A stretch of DNA of 64,000 nucleotides from an uncultured Gemmatimonadaceae bacterium (GCA_963843845.1 CAWJMB010000002.1:2496001-2560000), one strand, 5' to 3'; positions 43,817 to 59,246 are shown, numbered from the stretch's first letter. Program-made: numbers and translations. The notes: generated by a model not told the origin, from the letters alone.

Positions 43817-46493
43817 TCACCGGCGCCGGCGTTGCGGGCCGCGCCGGAGCGCCTGCCAGCGATAGCACGCGACGGGGAAGTGGGCGAGCGCCGCAGCGAC
43901 GTCGAGCGACGACCCGAGCGCGCCCGACGCGGTGCCGAACAGCGACTCGGCGTTCGATCCGACGAGCTCGGACGGCAACTCGACCCGGGTGTCGCACCAC
44001 AGGCGCTCGCCGAGGGGAGCGGCGCCCGCCGGATGCAGACGGAGCGTCAGTCGCGGAACGACCGCGAGCACGCCGCGGCCATCCAGGACGCGCGCGAACG
44101 CGACGACGTGCGCCTCGCGTGGACCCCGTACGGCCAGCGGGACGTACGCTCCGTCGCGAAACAGCGTCGGATCGTCCCGGCGCGCGCCGAGCAGGGTCCG
44201 GACGACGTGCGCGCGGAGCGGCGCCTCGTCGTCCTCTCCGAGCAGCCGCGCCGGCTCGGGGCGCTCGCCGAGCGCATCGAGCTGATCGAGGATCGCCACT
44301 CGTCGTGCGAAGTCGACGGCGCGGCGATTGTCGGGATCGACGAGCACGAGCGATCCGAGCTCCGTTCCCTGATACACGTCGGGCGTGCCGGCACCGAGCA
44401 GTTGCAGCGTCGTGCGCGAGAGCGCCGTCCACCGCGCTGCCCGCCCGACGCGGTCGACGAGCGCCGTCAGCTCGGCGCGGAACGTCGCGCTCGCCTCGCC
44501 TGCGACGAGCGCCCCGATGAACGCGTCCAGTGCCCGCTCGTACTGGTCGTCGCGGTCGGTCCAGCTCGTCTGCGCCTTCGCTTCGCGCGTGGCCTTGTGC
44601 ATGTACTCGACGACGCGGTCGCGCAACGCGTCGCGCGCGGCGTCGTTCGCCACCCCACCGACGGGCCACACGCCGACGAGCGTCTGATACAGCAAGTACT
44701 CGGCGTTCGCGTCGGGCGCGGATCGCGCGCCGACACGGCCGCGGAATCCGGCGTGCTCCCGGCGCCACCGTGCGACGAGCGCTGCCCATTCGCGCGGGAT
44801 CTCGCTCAGCGCATCGAGGCGCGCCCGCACGTCGGACCCGCGTTTCGTATCGTGTGTGTCGACCGGCGAGAGTTGGGTCGGGTACCGACTCTGCCGCTGT
44901 GCGTTCGCGGCGTGGAAGTCGTCGACGGCGGTCGCCTAACGCGCGCCCCGGATCGCTCCCGACCTCACACAGCGATGCGAGCGGGAACCAGCGGTAGAAC
45001 GCGGTGTCCTCGACCCCTTTCGCCGTCGCCGCGCCGCTCGTCTGCTGAAAGGCGAGCACGAACGCGGCGGTGCTCTGCCTGGCGCGCGCCGTCGCGTCGG
45101 CCGACGCGGACCACTCGCCGCGCAGCACGTCGCCGACGAACTGCAGGGCGAAGCGGTCGGCGACGCCGTGGCCGAACGCGCGCGTCACCGACTCGCCGAT
45201 CCAGCGGTAGTCGTCCGCACTCGCCGCGAGCGGCCGGGCCGCGTCGTCGGTCGACTCGACGTACGTGCGGTAGACCCGCAGCTCCGCCACGAGCTGCACG
45301 ATCGCCTCGTAGAGCATCGTGCGCGACAGTCGCGGCGCGACGCCGTGCGCGGCGCGCGCGAGCTGGCGGACGAGGCGCCGCACGTCGGTGTCGAACGCGC
45401 GGCGCAGCACCAGCTCCTTGCCGCGCACCGCGACCTCGTCGAAGCCGCCGCGGTCGGCGCGCACCCGGATGAACCGGCGATACGCCGCGTCGATCGTCGC
45501 CATGCCCGCCGCGTCGACGAACACGGTCTCGATCGCGTTCAGCGACTCGTACCCCGTCGTGCCGTCGACGGGCCACTCGCCGCGCAACGCCTCGTCGCCT
45601 CCGAGAATCTTCTCCACGAAGATCGGGACGTGGTCACCCGGGCGCCGCGCGTCGAGCTCGGCGCGCAGACGTCGCAGGTACGCGAGTGGCGACCTGAGCC
45701 CGTCGACGTGATCGACACGCAGGCCGTCGATCGATCCGTCGCGCACACGGTCGAGCGTCCAGGCGTGCGTGAGATCGAACACGGCCGGGTCGTCGACGCG
45801 CACGGCGGCGAGCTCGCCGACATCGAAGAAGCGGCGGTAGTTCAGCTCGCGCGGCCCGCGCCGCCAGTGGACTGGGCGCCAGTGCTGACGCGCGACCAAC
45901 GCGGCGAGCGGCTCGCCGCTCACCTGCTCGACGTCGACGAGGGTCGGCAGCGTTCGCGGATCGATCGGCCACTCGTGCTCGTAGTACACCGCGCGGACCT
46001 CGCCGTCGCGCCACGCGAGGCGCAGCTCGCCGCTCGCGATCACCGCCGCGAGCTCGCCGCCCAACGAGGGGAGGATGACGACGCCCTCGCGACCCGGCAC
46101 GGTCCAGTCCACGTCGAACACCCTCGCGAAGGCCGACTCCTGGCCGTAGCGCAGCGTGTCCATCCAGAACGGGTTCGCTGGACCGATCCCCATGTGGTTC
46201 GGCACGATGTCCACGACGAGTCCCATGCCGTGTGCGTGCACGTCGTGCGCGAGCGCCTCGAACCCCGCATCGCCGCCGAGCGCCGGGTTGGCGATGCGCG
46301 GGTCGGCGACGTCGTAGCCGTGGCCGCTCCCCGGCCGCGCCGCCAGCACCGGCGACAGATACACGTGCGAGACGCCGAGCCGCGAGAGATACGGCAGCAC
46401 GCGCCGGGCAGCGTCGAACGGAAACTCCGCGTTCAGTTGCAGCCGGTACGTCGCGGTGAGGGGCGGCCGTTGCTGCCCGCGCGGCTCGCTCAC
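43817..46493 (-). CDS. treY: malto-oligosyltrehalose synthase (apparent indels near 44830-44930)
   Basis: ATYRLQ, HGYDV, DIVPNHMG, NYRRFFDV, GLRVDHVDGL, AKGVEDTAFYR, PDVYQGTE...LVDPDNRR. Confidence 0.92.
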
Positions 46494-48641
46494 GGAACCC
46501 ACGCGCGCTCGTCGCCGAGCGCGAGACGCACGGAGGGGTCCGACGCGAGCTCGTCGAGCCCCATGGTCAGGCGGCGGCTCCAGCACGGGTACCGATCGAC
46601 TCCGACGCCCGGCACGTTGACCGGCTCCGTCTCCCCGACGAGGTCATCGAGCGAGATGCCCACGAGCCACGACGGGGCCCGCCGCAGCACACTGTGCACG
46701 GCAGCGCGCACGACCGGCTCCGGCACCGCATCCGCGCCCAGCTCGGCGACGCTCGGGTCGAGCACCCCTTCGGCCACGAGCAGCGCGAGCAGCGCCTCGC
46801 GATCGTGTGCGCGTTCGGCGTGCGCACGCGCGAGCGCCTCGTCGTCCGCGAGCAGCCCGACGTCACGGCGAATGTCCAGCTCCCGTCCCCGCCACCAGCC
46901 CGCGAGCGGCGCGAGGTCGTGCGTGTTCACCGTCGCGAGCGCGCCGCGCGGATAGTGCCGCGGCGTGCGGAAGCCGCCGCGCTCGTCGCGTTCGAAGTAG
47001 AGGACCTTGGACGACAGCACGCCCCACCGCGCGAGCGCCGGCGGCACCTCGGGCGGCACGGTTCCGAGGTCCTCGCCGACGACGAGCGCGTTCGCCCGTG
47101 TCGCTTCGAGCGCGAGGATGCCCAACAGCTCGTCGGCCGGGAAGCGCACGTACGCGCCGTCGGCGCCGCTCATCCCCTCCGGGATCCAGAACTGGCGGAA
47201 CAGGCCCAGGACGTGGTCGAGCCGCAGCGCGCCCGCGTGCCGCAGCGCGCCGCGCAGCAGCGCGGTCCAGTAGCGATAGCCGTCCTCGCGCAGCGCGTGC
47301 GGGCTGATCGGCGGCAGCCCCCAGTTCTGCCCGTCGGGGCCTAACGGATCCGGCGGCGCGCCGACGCTGACCCGTTCGACGAACAGCGACGGCGACGCCC
47401 ACACGTCGCTGCCCGCCGGGGACGTCCCGATCGCGAGGTCCTCGTACAGGCCGATCGGCATCCCCCGCGCTCGTGCGCCCCGCGCCGCCTCGCCGAGCTG
47501 GCGATCGAGCTCGAACTGCAGCCACCGATGGTAGTCGACGCGCGTCGCGTGCTCGGTGGCGAACGTCTCGACGGCCGGCGACTCCGGGTGCTGGTATGCC
47601 GCGGGCCACTCGCGCCACCAGCCGCACCCCTGGGGCCGGAAGTGCTCGTCGAGCGCCTGGAACCGCGCGAACCGCTCGAGCGCGTTCCCTCCCGCGCGCG
47701 CCAGGTCGCGTACGCATCGCGACGACCGCCGCGGCCGGGTCGCGAACGCGCGGTGCAGCGCCTCGAGCGCCGCGTGCTTGAGCCGCATGACCTCGGCGTA
47801 CTCGACGCGAGACGTCTCGCGGACGCGCCGGAGCGCGTCCGACGTCTCGATCCGCGCGACGAGCGCCTGGGTCGCTCGCATCGTGCGCGAGCTCGGGGAT
47901 CGCGGCGACGTCGAGGTAGAGCGGGTTGCGGTACAGCCGGCTGACCGGGCTGTACGGGCTGATGTCGCCGTCGGCGTTGCGCAGCGCATGCAGCGGATTC
48001 ACGCCGACGAATGCGGCGCCCAGGTCGGCCGCCGTACCCAGCAGCGTCGCGAGGTCCGAGAGATCGCCGACCCCCCAGCTCCGTCGGCTGCGAACCGTGT
48101 ACAGATTCGCCGTGAGGCCGAACACCCGCCGACCGCCTAACGACGCGCCCGGCGAGGGACACGACGGCGGAACCACGACGAGTCGCTGTGTCGCCGTCCG
48201 CTCGTCGGCCCCGGCGGCACGCGCGGCGACCTGCACCGCATGGTAGCCGAGCGGAAGCTCGGTGCCGAACGCGATCGTCGCGCGCCCGTCGTCGTCGAGC
48301 GGGACGCGTCCTTCGACCCGGACCGGGTCGCCGCCGTCGACCTCGACGTCGACGGTGAACTCGACGCTCGCCCCGCCCGCGTCGGGGAGTGTGACGACCA
48401 GGTCGCCGACCCGTTCGTGGTGAGCGACGCGCAGCGGCGCGACGAGTCGGCGCTGACGACGCGCGAGGATCGCGGCGAGATGCTCCTGGGCTTCGGTGTC
48501 ACTCCCGACATCGTGACCGAGTGCCTGGAGCAGCGCGAGGCGTGTCGGGTCGCTCGTCACCCGCCGCGTCCCCGAGACGTCGAAGTACTCGCCGAGGATG
48601 CCGACGGCGTCAGCGAGACGAACCAGCGCGCCGTCACTCAT
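46490..48641 (-). CDS. malQ: 4-alpha-glucanotransferase (amylomaltase), apparent indels near 47690-47880
   Basis: [28 protein letters not shown]...[22 protein letters not shown]. Confidence 0.92.
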
Positions 48642-48647
48642 CCCGGG

Positions 48648-51080
48648 TCACGTCGGCCTGCGGCGGCGACGCGGCTGCGGCGTGTGGGCCGCCGGAACGA
48701 GCACGTTCTCCACGGCGAGCGACGGGACGCGCTCGCCGTCGAGCGCGCTCGCTTCGTCGGCGACGTCCGCACCCTCCGCAGTGCCTCGCTCGGGAACGAG
48801 CACGAGCGCGCCGAGCGGCGGCAGCGTCAGCTCGACGCTGTGGGCGTGGCCGTGAAAGGGTGCGGCGTCGGCGGCGACCTGCTCGGCCGCACCGATCCCG
48901 CTCCCACCGAACCGTTCGTCGTCGGACGACAGCGCGACGCGGTACGGCCCCGCGCCCGGCACGCCGATGCGGTAGTGCTCGCGCGGCACCGGCGTCAGGT
49001 TGAGCACGACGACGACGTGCCGCTCGCCGTCGTTCCGCACGTACGAGACGACCGAATTCTGCCGATCGCCGACGTCGATCCACCGAAACCCGGTCCAGTC
49101 GTGGTCGTGCTTCCAGAATGCCGGGTGCGCGCGGTACACGGCGCCCAGCGCCTCCATGAACCGGTCGAAGCCGGCCCGCATCGGGTCCTCGAGCAGGTGC
49201 CAGTCGAGGCTCGCGTCGTGGTTCCACTCGCGCGGCGTCGCCAGCTCCGTTCCCATGAACAGCAGCTTCTTGCCGGGACGCGTGAACTGATAGGCGAGGA
49301 GCAGGCGCAGGTTCGCGAGCTTCATGCCACTTGTCGCCCGGCATCTTCTCGAGCAGCGACCGCTTGAGGTGCACGACCTCGTCGTGCGACAGCGGCATGA
49401 TGAAGCGCTCGCTGTACTCGTACATCATCGCGAACGTCAGCTTGTCCTGGTGCTGCGAGCGGAAGAGCGGGTCGATCGAGAAGTACTCGAGGGTGTCGTG
49501 CATCCACCCCATGTTCCACTTGAACGTGAAGCCGAGCCCGCCCTCGCCCACCGGCTGCGTCACCCCCGGCCACGCCGTGGACTCCTCGGCGATCATGATG
49601 ACGCCGGGGCACTCGGTCTTCACGGCGTGGTTCACGGCTCGCAGAAACTCGATCGCGTCGAGATTCTCGCGCCCTCCGAACCTGTTGCGCAGCCACTGTC
49701 CCGGCGCGCGGCTGTAGTCGAGGTAGAGCATCGACGCGACGGCGTCCACGCGGAGGCCGTCGATGTGGAACTCGTCGATCCAGTAGAGCGCGTTCGCGAG
49801 GAGGAAGTTGCGCACCTCGTGGCGCGCGTAGTTGAAGATCAGCGTGCCCCAGTCGGGGTGCTCGCCGAGCCGCGGGTCCTCGTGCTCGTAGAGCGCCGTG
49901 CCGTCGAAACGGCGCAGCGCGTAGTCGTCCTTCGGAAAGTGCGCCGGCACCCAGTCGAGCAGCACGCCGATGCCCGCCTGGTGCAGCGTGTCGACGAGAA
50001 AGCGGAAGTCGTCGGGCGTGCCGTAGCGCGACGTCGGCGCGAAGTAGCCCGTGACCTGATAGCCCCACGAGCCGTAGAAGGGATGCTCGCCGACCGGCAG
50101 CAGCTCGACGTGCGTGAAGCCGAGGCGCTTCACGTGCTCCGCGAGCCGCGGCGCGATCTCGCGGTAGGTGAGCGATCGGTTCCCGTCTTCCGGCACGCGC
50201 GCCCACGAGCCGAGGTGCACCTCGTAGATCGCCATCGGCGCGTGGACGGGGTCGCGCGTCGTGCGCTGGTCGATCCACGCGCGGTCGTTCCACGCGTACG
50301 TGTCGTCGTCGACGACGATCGACGCCGTCGCCGGCGCCTGCTGCATCATGCGCGCGAACGGGTCGGTCTTGAGCCGCGGCGTACCCTTCGCGCGTGAGCA
50401 GCTCGAACTTGTAGAGCGTGCCCGGCGCCACGCCGGGGATGAACAGCTCCCACACGCCCGCTCGCCGCCGAGCCGCCGCATCGGGTACACGCGGCCGTCC
50501 CAGCGACAGAACTCGCCGACGACGCTGACGCGCCGCGCGTTCGGCGCCCACACCGCGAACGCGACGCCCGCGACGCCGTCGACCTCGCGCAGGTGGGCGC
50601 CGAGCTTCTCCCACAGCCGGCGGTGCGTCCCCTCGTTGAACAGGTGCAGATCGACGTCGCCGAGCGTCGGCAGGAAGCGATACGGCTCGTCGCGCTCCCA
50701 CGTGGCGCCGTCGGCGAACCGAAAGCGCACGCGGTAGCGAAACGGCAGCGTCTCTCCGGGGAAGAAGACGCTGAACACGCCCCGCGCCTGCTCCGTCATG
50801 TCGATCGACCGCGCCGTCCGGCAGCAGACACGACGCCGACGTCGCGTCGGGGTGCCAGGCGCGGATCGTGAGCCCCGCGATGTCGTCCACGCGCTCCGGG
50901 TGCGCGCCGAGGATCGCGTGCGGGTCGACGGTATCGGCGGCGAGCAGACGCGGCGACGTCGGCCGGTGCCGCGTACGGCGCCGGCATCGCGACCGCGCTC
51001 GGCTCCTCGGCGTTCGACACGCGCGTCGAGCGCGTCGTGCGCGTCGCGCCAGCCGCGCCCTTCCGGCGTTCGGCGCTCAT
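48648..51080 (-). CDS. glgB: 1,4-alpha-glucan branching enzyme (several apparent indels)
   Basis: [59 protein letters not shown]. Confidence 0.93.
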
Positions 51081-53263
51081 CGGGCGACCCGGGTGAGCGT
51101 GGCGGTGCGTATCGACCCGCCGGTCGGCGCCGAACGACAGGAGCGCGATCGAGAAGCCGGCGAGCTGCACCGCGTCGCCGCCCGTCGGACCGTGCGCGTC
51201 ACTCGCGCTGTCCACGACCGTGCGCCACGCCCCGTCGCCGGGCACGTCGGGCAGCGTGAAGGTCTGCTCGTCGAAGCCGCCGTTGAGCAGGAGGAGCATC
51301 GTGTCGCCGCGCACCGGGCGCCCGCGGTCGTCGGTCTCGTCGGCGGCCTCGCCGCTGATCAGCATCCCGATCGCATGGGTGCGGCCCGCCTCCCAATCGT
51401 CGTTCGTCATCTCGTGCCCGTCCGGTCGGAGCCAGGTGAGATCCTTCGCGCCCGCCGCGTGCACCGGTCGGCCGCGGAAGAAGCTCCGGCGTCGCAGCAC
51501 CGGGTTCGCGTGGCGGATCGCGAAGGCGCGGCGCGCGAACGCGAGGAGCTCGCGCTGCCACGGCTCGAGCGACCAGTCGATCCAGCTGATCTCGTTGTCC
51601 TGCGCGTACGCGTTGTTGTTGCCGCCCTGCGTGCGGCCGAACTCGTCGCCGTGCGAGATCATGGGCACGCCCTGCGAGAACGCCAGCGTCGCGAGGAAGT
51701 TGCGCATCGCGCGCCGCCGCCTGTCCACGACGGCCTCGTCGTCGGTCTCTCCCTCGACGCCCCAGTTGCGCGACAGATTGTCGTCGTGGCCGTCGCGGTT
51801 CCCCTCGCCGTTCGCCTCGTTGTGCTTGCGCTCGTACGTCACGAGATCGCGCAGCGTGTAGCCGTCGTGCGCGGTGACGAAGTTGACGCTCGCGTACGCC
51901 TGCCGGTCGCTCCACTCGTAGATGTCGCTCGACCCGGACAGGCGCGAGGCGATCTCGGGGACCATCCCGCGGTCGCCGCGCCAGTAGCGACGCATGGCGT
52001 CACGATACTTCCCGTTCCATTCGGCCCACCCGACGGGGAAGTTGCCGACCTGATACCCGCCGGGCCCGACGTCCCACGGCTCGGCGATGAGCTTCACGCG
52101 CGAGAGGACGGGATCCTGATGGATGATGTCGAAGAACGCCGAGAGTCGGTTGACCTCGAACAGTTCGCGCGCGAGCACGGGCGCGAGGTCGAACCGGAAT
52201 CCGTCGACGTGCATCTCGGTCACCCAGTAGCGGAGCGAGTCCATGATGAGCTGGATCGTCCGCGGGTGCATCATGTTCAGCGAGTTGCCGGTCCCGGTGA
52301 AATCCATGTAGTAGCGCGGATCGTCCGGGTTCAGCAGGTAGTACGCCTTGTTGTCGACGCCGCGCAGCGACAGCGTCGGGCCGAGGTGATTGCCCTCGCC
52401 CGTATGGTTGTACACCACGTCGAGGATCACTTCGATCCCCGCGGAGTGCAGCTTCTTCACCATCGACTTGAACTCGTAGACCTGCTGCCCGTACTGCGGG
52501 CGCGCGGCGGCTGCGTCGCTCGTGCCGATGGTGGAATAGCGGATGTCCGGCGCGAAGAACGCGATCGAGTTGTAGCCCCAGTAGTTCGACAGCCCGCGCT
52601 CGGCGAGGTGGCGATCGACGACGTAGTGGTGCACCGGCAGCAGCTCGACCGCGGTCACGCCTAACGCGAGGAAGTAGTCGATCATCGGGTCGGAGGCCAG
52701 CCCCAGATACGTGCCGCGATAGCGCTCGTCGATGTCGGGGTGCCGGATCGGTCATCCCCTTCACGTGGCACTCGTAGATCACCGTCCGGTTCCACGGCGT
52801 GCGCGGCGGCCGGTCGTCGGCCCAGGTGAAGGCGTTGTCGACGACGACGCTCTTCGGAACGCCCGCGGCGCTGTCGTCGGTCGTCGGCTCGAGGTCCTCG
52901 CTCCGTCCGCCCACCTTGTAGCCGAACAGCGCGTCGCTCCACCGGATCGTGCTCCCGACCGCCTTCGCGTACGGGATCGATGAGCAGCTTCGCCGCGTTG
53001 AAGCGGTGACCGTTCGCTGGATCGTACGGGCCGTGCACGCGGTAGCCGTAGAGCTGCCCCGGCCGCACGTCGGGCAGGTAGCAGTGCCACACCTGGTCGC
53101 TCCGCTCGCGCAGCGGGATCTTCGTCGTCTCCCGCGCGTCGTCCGCCGAGTCGAACAGACACAGCTCGACGGCCGTGGCGTTCTCCGAGAACAGCGCGAA
53201 GTTGACGCCCTCGCCGTCCCAGTGGGCGCCCAACGGGAAGGGCTGGCCGGGCCACACGCGCAT
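51077..53263 (-). CDS. glgX: glycogen debranching enzyme (apparent indels)
   Basis: [57 protein letters not shown]. Confidence 0.93.
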
Positions 53264-54656
53264 CAGGCGACCCTCGCGTCTGGCGACGCCGTGAGGCGCG
53301 CGATGCCGGCGAGCGGGATCGGCACCCACGTCGGGCGATTGCGCAGCTCGTACGCCAGCTCGTAGAACGCCTTCTCGAGCTCGAACAGGCCGACCAGCGC
53401 GTCCGCGTTCGTGCGGACGCGTGGCAGGTACGTCGCAGGCGTGTCGCCGAAATACCCGTCGAGGAACGCGGCACGCGACGTGGCCTCCCACCGCGCCGCG
53501 TGCCCCGCCACGACCGCGTCACCGGGGCGCTCGAACGCGGCCGTCGCGGCCGCATAGGCGAACGAGCGCAGCATTCCTGCCACGTCGCGCAGGGGCGAAT
53601 GGCGCGCACGGCGCTCGTCGAGCGGGCGCGATGGCTCTCCTTCGAAGTCGATCACGTACAACGTTCCGTCCGGCGCACGAAGAATCTGTCCGAGGTGATA
53701 GTCACCATGGTGCCGCGTCGCGGCGCCGGCGTCGTCCGCCGCGCGCGCCGCCGCGGCGTCGAGCGCGGCGACGACCGACGCCGCGTCGAGAGCGCCGACG
53801 GCGGCGCCCTGCGCGCGAGCGTGCTGGCCGAGCCGTTCCAGTGCCCCCGACGCGAGCCGTTCGCGCAGCAACCAGAGCCCACGCTCGACCGAGCGCGCGG
53901 CCGATGCCGCCCAGCGCGCGGCCGTCGCGCCGTCGGCCGGTCGCGGCGCGAAGTCCGGGTCGCTCGGGTCGGACGCGAGCGCGTCGTGCAGCGCGCGCGT
54001 GACCTCGCCCACTCGACGCGCCTCGTCCGCGCCGGCCTCGTCGCGCCCGTCGGATGCAGCGGCGCGCGCGTGCTGCACGACCTGCCCCCACGCATCGCCC
54101 GCGCCCGGAACGAACGCCTGCGCCATCGCCGCGAGCGACGCGCCGCGCGCGTCGTGCACGGTGAGTGTAGCGAGCAGGGGCGGGGTGTGGGCGAAGCCGC
54201 GTCGCGTCAGGAAGCGCACGATCTCGACGTCCGGATGCACGCCCGGCGTGAGCCGCCGGAACAGCTTCACGATCGCGCGGTCGCCGTAGACGATCGACGT
54301 GTTGCTCTGCTCGGTGCCTAACGCGCGGGACGACTCCGCGCCGCCGTGCAGCACGTCGACACCCGCCTCGGGCTCGGCGACGAGCGCGGCGTCCGTTCCA
54401 CGCACCGTCGCGCCGCTCGCCAGCAGTCGCGCGAGCCCCGCCCGGACGTCCGCGTCGCCGAGCGCGTCGTACTGCGCGCCGCGCGGCCAGAGCTGGTAGT
54501 GCACCGGCCGCCCGTCGACTTCGGCGTGTACGACGACGCACGCCGACCCGGTTTCCCCGACCGGCACCTCGGCCTCGACGCGCACGCCGCGCAGCGCCTC
54601 GCCGCGCGCCCCCGACCACCGCTGCGACGCGATGTAGCCGCCTAACGATTCGTCGC

Positions 54657-54660
<4 letters not shown>
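53263..54660 (-). CDS. maltokinase (Mak/Pep2-like)
   Basis: [53 protein letters not shown]. Confidence 0.9.
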
Positions 54661-56314
<1,654 letters not shown>

Positions 56315-56318
<4 letters not shown>

Positions 56319-58354
56319 ACGACGGCCTCCTCGGGCGCCACCGCCGCACGCGTCGGCGGAATGACGCGAAACAGATGCGCCGGCTGCCGCGCCGGATCGA
56401 GCCGCACGTAGTTGCGCGCCCCGCGCCAGGTGTACTGCGCGCCCGTCAGCAGATCCTCCACCACGTACGCCTCGTCGTCGCCGATCGCCATGTCGGCGAT
56501 GGGCACCTCGACGAACGTGTAGTGCGGCTGGTGCGGGTCCAGCAGCACCGTGACGATGAGGTCCGCCGAGTCGCCGACGGCCGCCCGGCGATAGCAGAGG
56601 ATCGCCTCGTCCTCCGACGCCAGGAACGTGACGTTGTGCTGCCGCTGCAACGCGGGCTCGGCGCGCCGGATCCTGTTCAGCTGCGCGATGTCGGCGTCGA
56701 GCGAATGCGTGCTCTCGTGATACGGGCGATGGCGCAGCTCGTACTTCTCGCTGTCCAGATACTCCTCGCTCGCCTCGTGCACCGGCACGTTCTCGAAGTG
56801 CTCGAAGCCGCTGTAGATCCCGTAGAGCGGGCTGAGCGTCGCCGCGAGCAGGAGGCGAATGCGGAAGGCGTTCGGCCCGCCCGTCACGAGATACTCGTGC
56901 AGGATGTCCGGCGTGTTCGTGAAGAAATTGCCGCGGTGGTACTCGACCACGTCAGGTGCGAGGAACTCCCCGAGCCACTCCTCGATCTGCCACGCCTCGG
57001 TCTTCCACGTGAAGTAGCCGTACGACTGTGTGAATCCGAGCTTCGCGAGGTTGAGCAGCTTCTTCGGGCGCGTGAACGCCTCCGAGAGAAACACGACCCC
57101 CGGATGTCTCGACTGCACGTCGCGAATGACCCACTGCCAGAACGCGAACGGCTTCGTGTGCGGGTTGTCGACCCGGAACGTGGTCACGCCGCGCTCGACC
57201 CAGAACAGCAGCACGTCACGACAGGCGTTCCACAGATTCTCGCGATCGTCGCACCAGAAGTTGATCGGGTAGATGTCCTGGTACTTCTTCGGCGGATTCT
57301 CGGCGTACGCGATCGTGCCGTCGGGTCGGATGTGGAACCAGTCGGGGTGGGTCGTCACCCACGGGTGGTCCGGCGAGCACTGCAGCGCGTAGTCGAGCGC
57401 GACCTCGAGACCCAACGACGCGGCGCGCCGCACGAATCGCTCGAAGTCGTCGACGGTGCCCAACGACGGGTTCACCGCGTCGTGCCCCCCCTCGTCGCTG
57501 CCGATCGCCCACGGGCTGCCGACGTCGTCCGGGTTCGCACTCAGCGTGTTGTTGCGCCCTTTGCGGAACGTGCGGCCGATCGGGTGGATGGGCGGCAGGT
57601 AGACGACGTCGAAGCCCAGCTCCGCGATGCGCGGCAGCAGCGCTTCGGCGTCGCGCGAACGTGCCGTGCTCGCCGGTTCGGGCCCGCGGAGCGCGGAAAG
57701 AACTCGTACCACGCGGCGAACGCGGCGCGTTCGCGATCGACCCAGAGCGGCAGCTCGCGGTCGTAGGTCACCAGGTCGGCCGGCGCGTGGTACGTCTCCA
57801 TGAGCCCGACCAGCTCGCTCGCGAGCGCCGCCTCGACCTGCCCCGCCGGGTTCGCGGTGTCGGCGAGGCGCTTCGCATACGCTTCGAGCGTGCGGCGCGA
57901 ATCGCCGAAGCGCGTCTTGCGCGCGGCCTCGCGCACCATCGCCGTCGCCTCCATCAGCTCGACGCCGACCTCCTGCGCGGCGGCGACCTTCTTCTCGAAC
58001 TTGACCCGCCACGACCCGAACTGATCCGTCCACGCTTCGACCGTGAACGTCCAGGGCCCGACCGCATCGAGCGCGATCGCCCCGACCCACCGGTCCTCGT
58101 CCTTGTCGTAGGCGCATCGGCGCGTGACGCGGCGCCTGGTCGCGCGGCCCAACGAAGCGCACGCGCGCGCGGAGCAGATCGTGTCCATCCTTGAACACGT
58201 CCGCGCCGACCGTGCAGACGTCGCCGACGATCCGCTTGGCCGCGTAGCGCCCGTCGTCGACGACAGGGGTGACGCGCTCGATCGTGAGGTGCGGAAACGC
58301 GCTGCTCCCTCGTGACGGCCGGGGCCGGGGAGCGGGCTCGGTGCGGGCGGGCAT
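56315..58354 (-). CDS. glgE: alpha-1,4-glucan:maltose-1-phosphate maltosyltransferase (apparent indels)
   Basis: WYEFFPRS, YLPPIHPIG, GSPWAIG, AENPPKKYQDIYP, FRVDNPHTKP, NTPDIL. Confidence 0.93.
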
Positions 58355-58421
58355 GCGTGCGGAGCGGTTGGGTGGGTGGAGGGCGACCGGTCTCCAACCT
58401 ACAAGAGCTAGGCCAGGATAC

Positions 58422-58452
58422 GACGAACCCGGCGAGGTCGCCGGGTTCGTCT
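58422..58452 (-). terminator. hairpin downstream of the OmpA-family gene
   Basis: gacgaacccggcg-aggt-cgccgggttcgtc. Confidence 0.65.
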
Positions 58453-58478
58453 CGCCTGCGCGCGGTGCCGCGTCGCCG

Positions 58479-59135
58479 CTACTGCATGGCGAGCGCCGTC
58501 ACCGCGCCCACGTCGGTCGCCTCCACCACGAACATGACGCGACGGTTCAGCTCCGCACCGGCCACGTCATGCGTCGCGCCGGCTCTCACCTGACGCGTCT
58601 CGCCGTAGCCGACCGCGGCGAGCAGCGCGTCGCTCAGCCCCTGCTGCACGAGGAAGTCGCGGACCGACTCGGCCCGGCGCTTCGAGAGGGCGAGGTTGTA
58701 GCGCGCCGAGCCGGCGACGTCGGTGAAGCCCTCGACGGTGATCTTCGCGCCCGGATAGTACTTCTGCGCCACCTTCGCGAACCGCTCGAGCGCCGCGCGG
58801 TCCTGCGCGCGCACCGCCGCGTCGTCGAAACCGAAGTGTACCGGCATGTCGAACTTCACCTGGTCTTCCATCGCCGAGATGCGCGCGCCGTACTCGGTGC
58901 GCAGGCCGGCGAGGTCGCTGCGCAGCGACGCGAGGTCGGAGCGCAGCGAGGTCAGATCGGTCCTCACCGCCGCCAGGTCGCGCCCGTGCGCCTCGTCCGC
59001 GCTCGTCCGCGCCGCGCTCTCGCGCTCGCTCGCCGCGACGACCTGCCGGTTGACGTATCCCTTCGTCGCGCACGCCGAGCTCAGTACGGCACCGGCGAGT
59101 CCGGCGGCCACCCATTTCACGTTCTGCAACATCAT
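58479..59135 (-). CDS. OmpA-family peptidoglycan-binding lipoprotein with N-terminal coiled coil
   Basis: LSSAC lipobox, VHFGFD, VEGFTD...YNLALSKRRAESV, GYGE, NRRV. Confidence 0.9.
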   Translation of the reverse strand: MMLQNVKWVAAGLAGAVLSSACATKGYVNRQVVAASERESAARTSADEAHGRDLAAVRTDLTSLRSDLASLRSDLAGLRTEYGARISAMEDQVKFDMPVHFGFDDAAVRAQDRAALERFAKVAQKYYPGAKITVEGFTDVAGSARYNLALSKRRAESVRDFLVQQGLSDALLAAVGYGETRQVRAGATHDVAGAELNRRVMFVVEATDVGAVTALAMQ

Positions 59136-59246
59136 GGCACTCCCGCTGGGACAGGGTTCGAGTGAACGTCGCCCTCGACTGTCGACATCGCGATCCGACG
59201 TTGATCGAACGTTGATCGTGACGCCGCGCGCACGAGGTGACCGACG

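Noticed and set aside
50796..52685. GlgX-GlgB fusion protein
   Set aside because: The ATGA overlap at 51077-51080 matches the coupling seen across the operon; read-through is best explained by an indel
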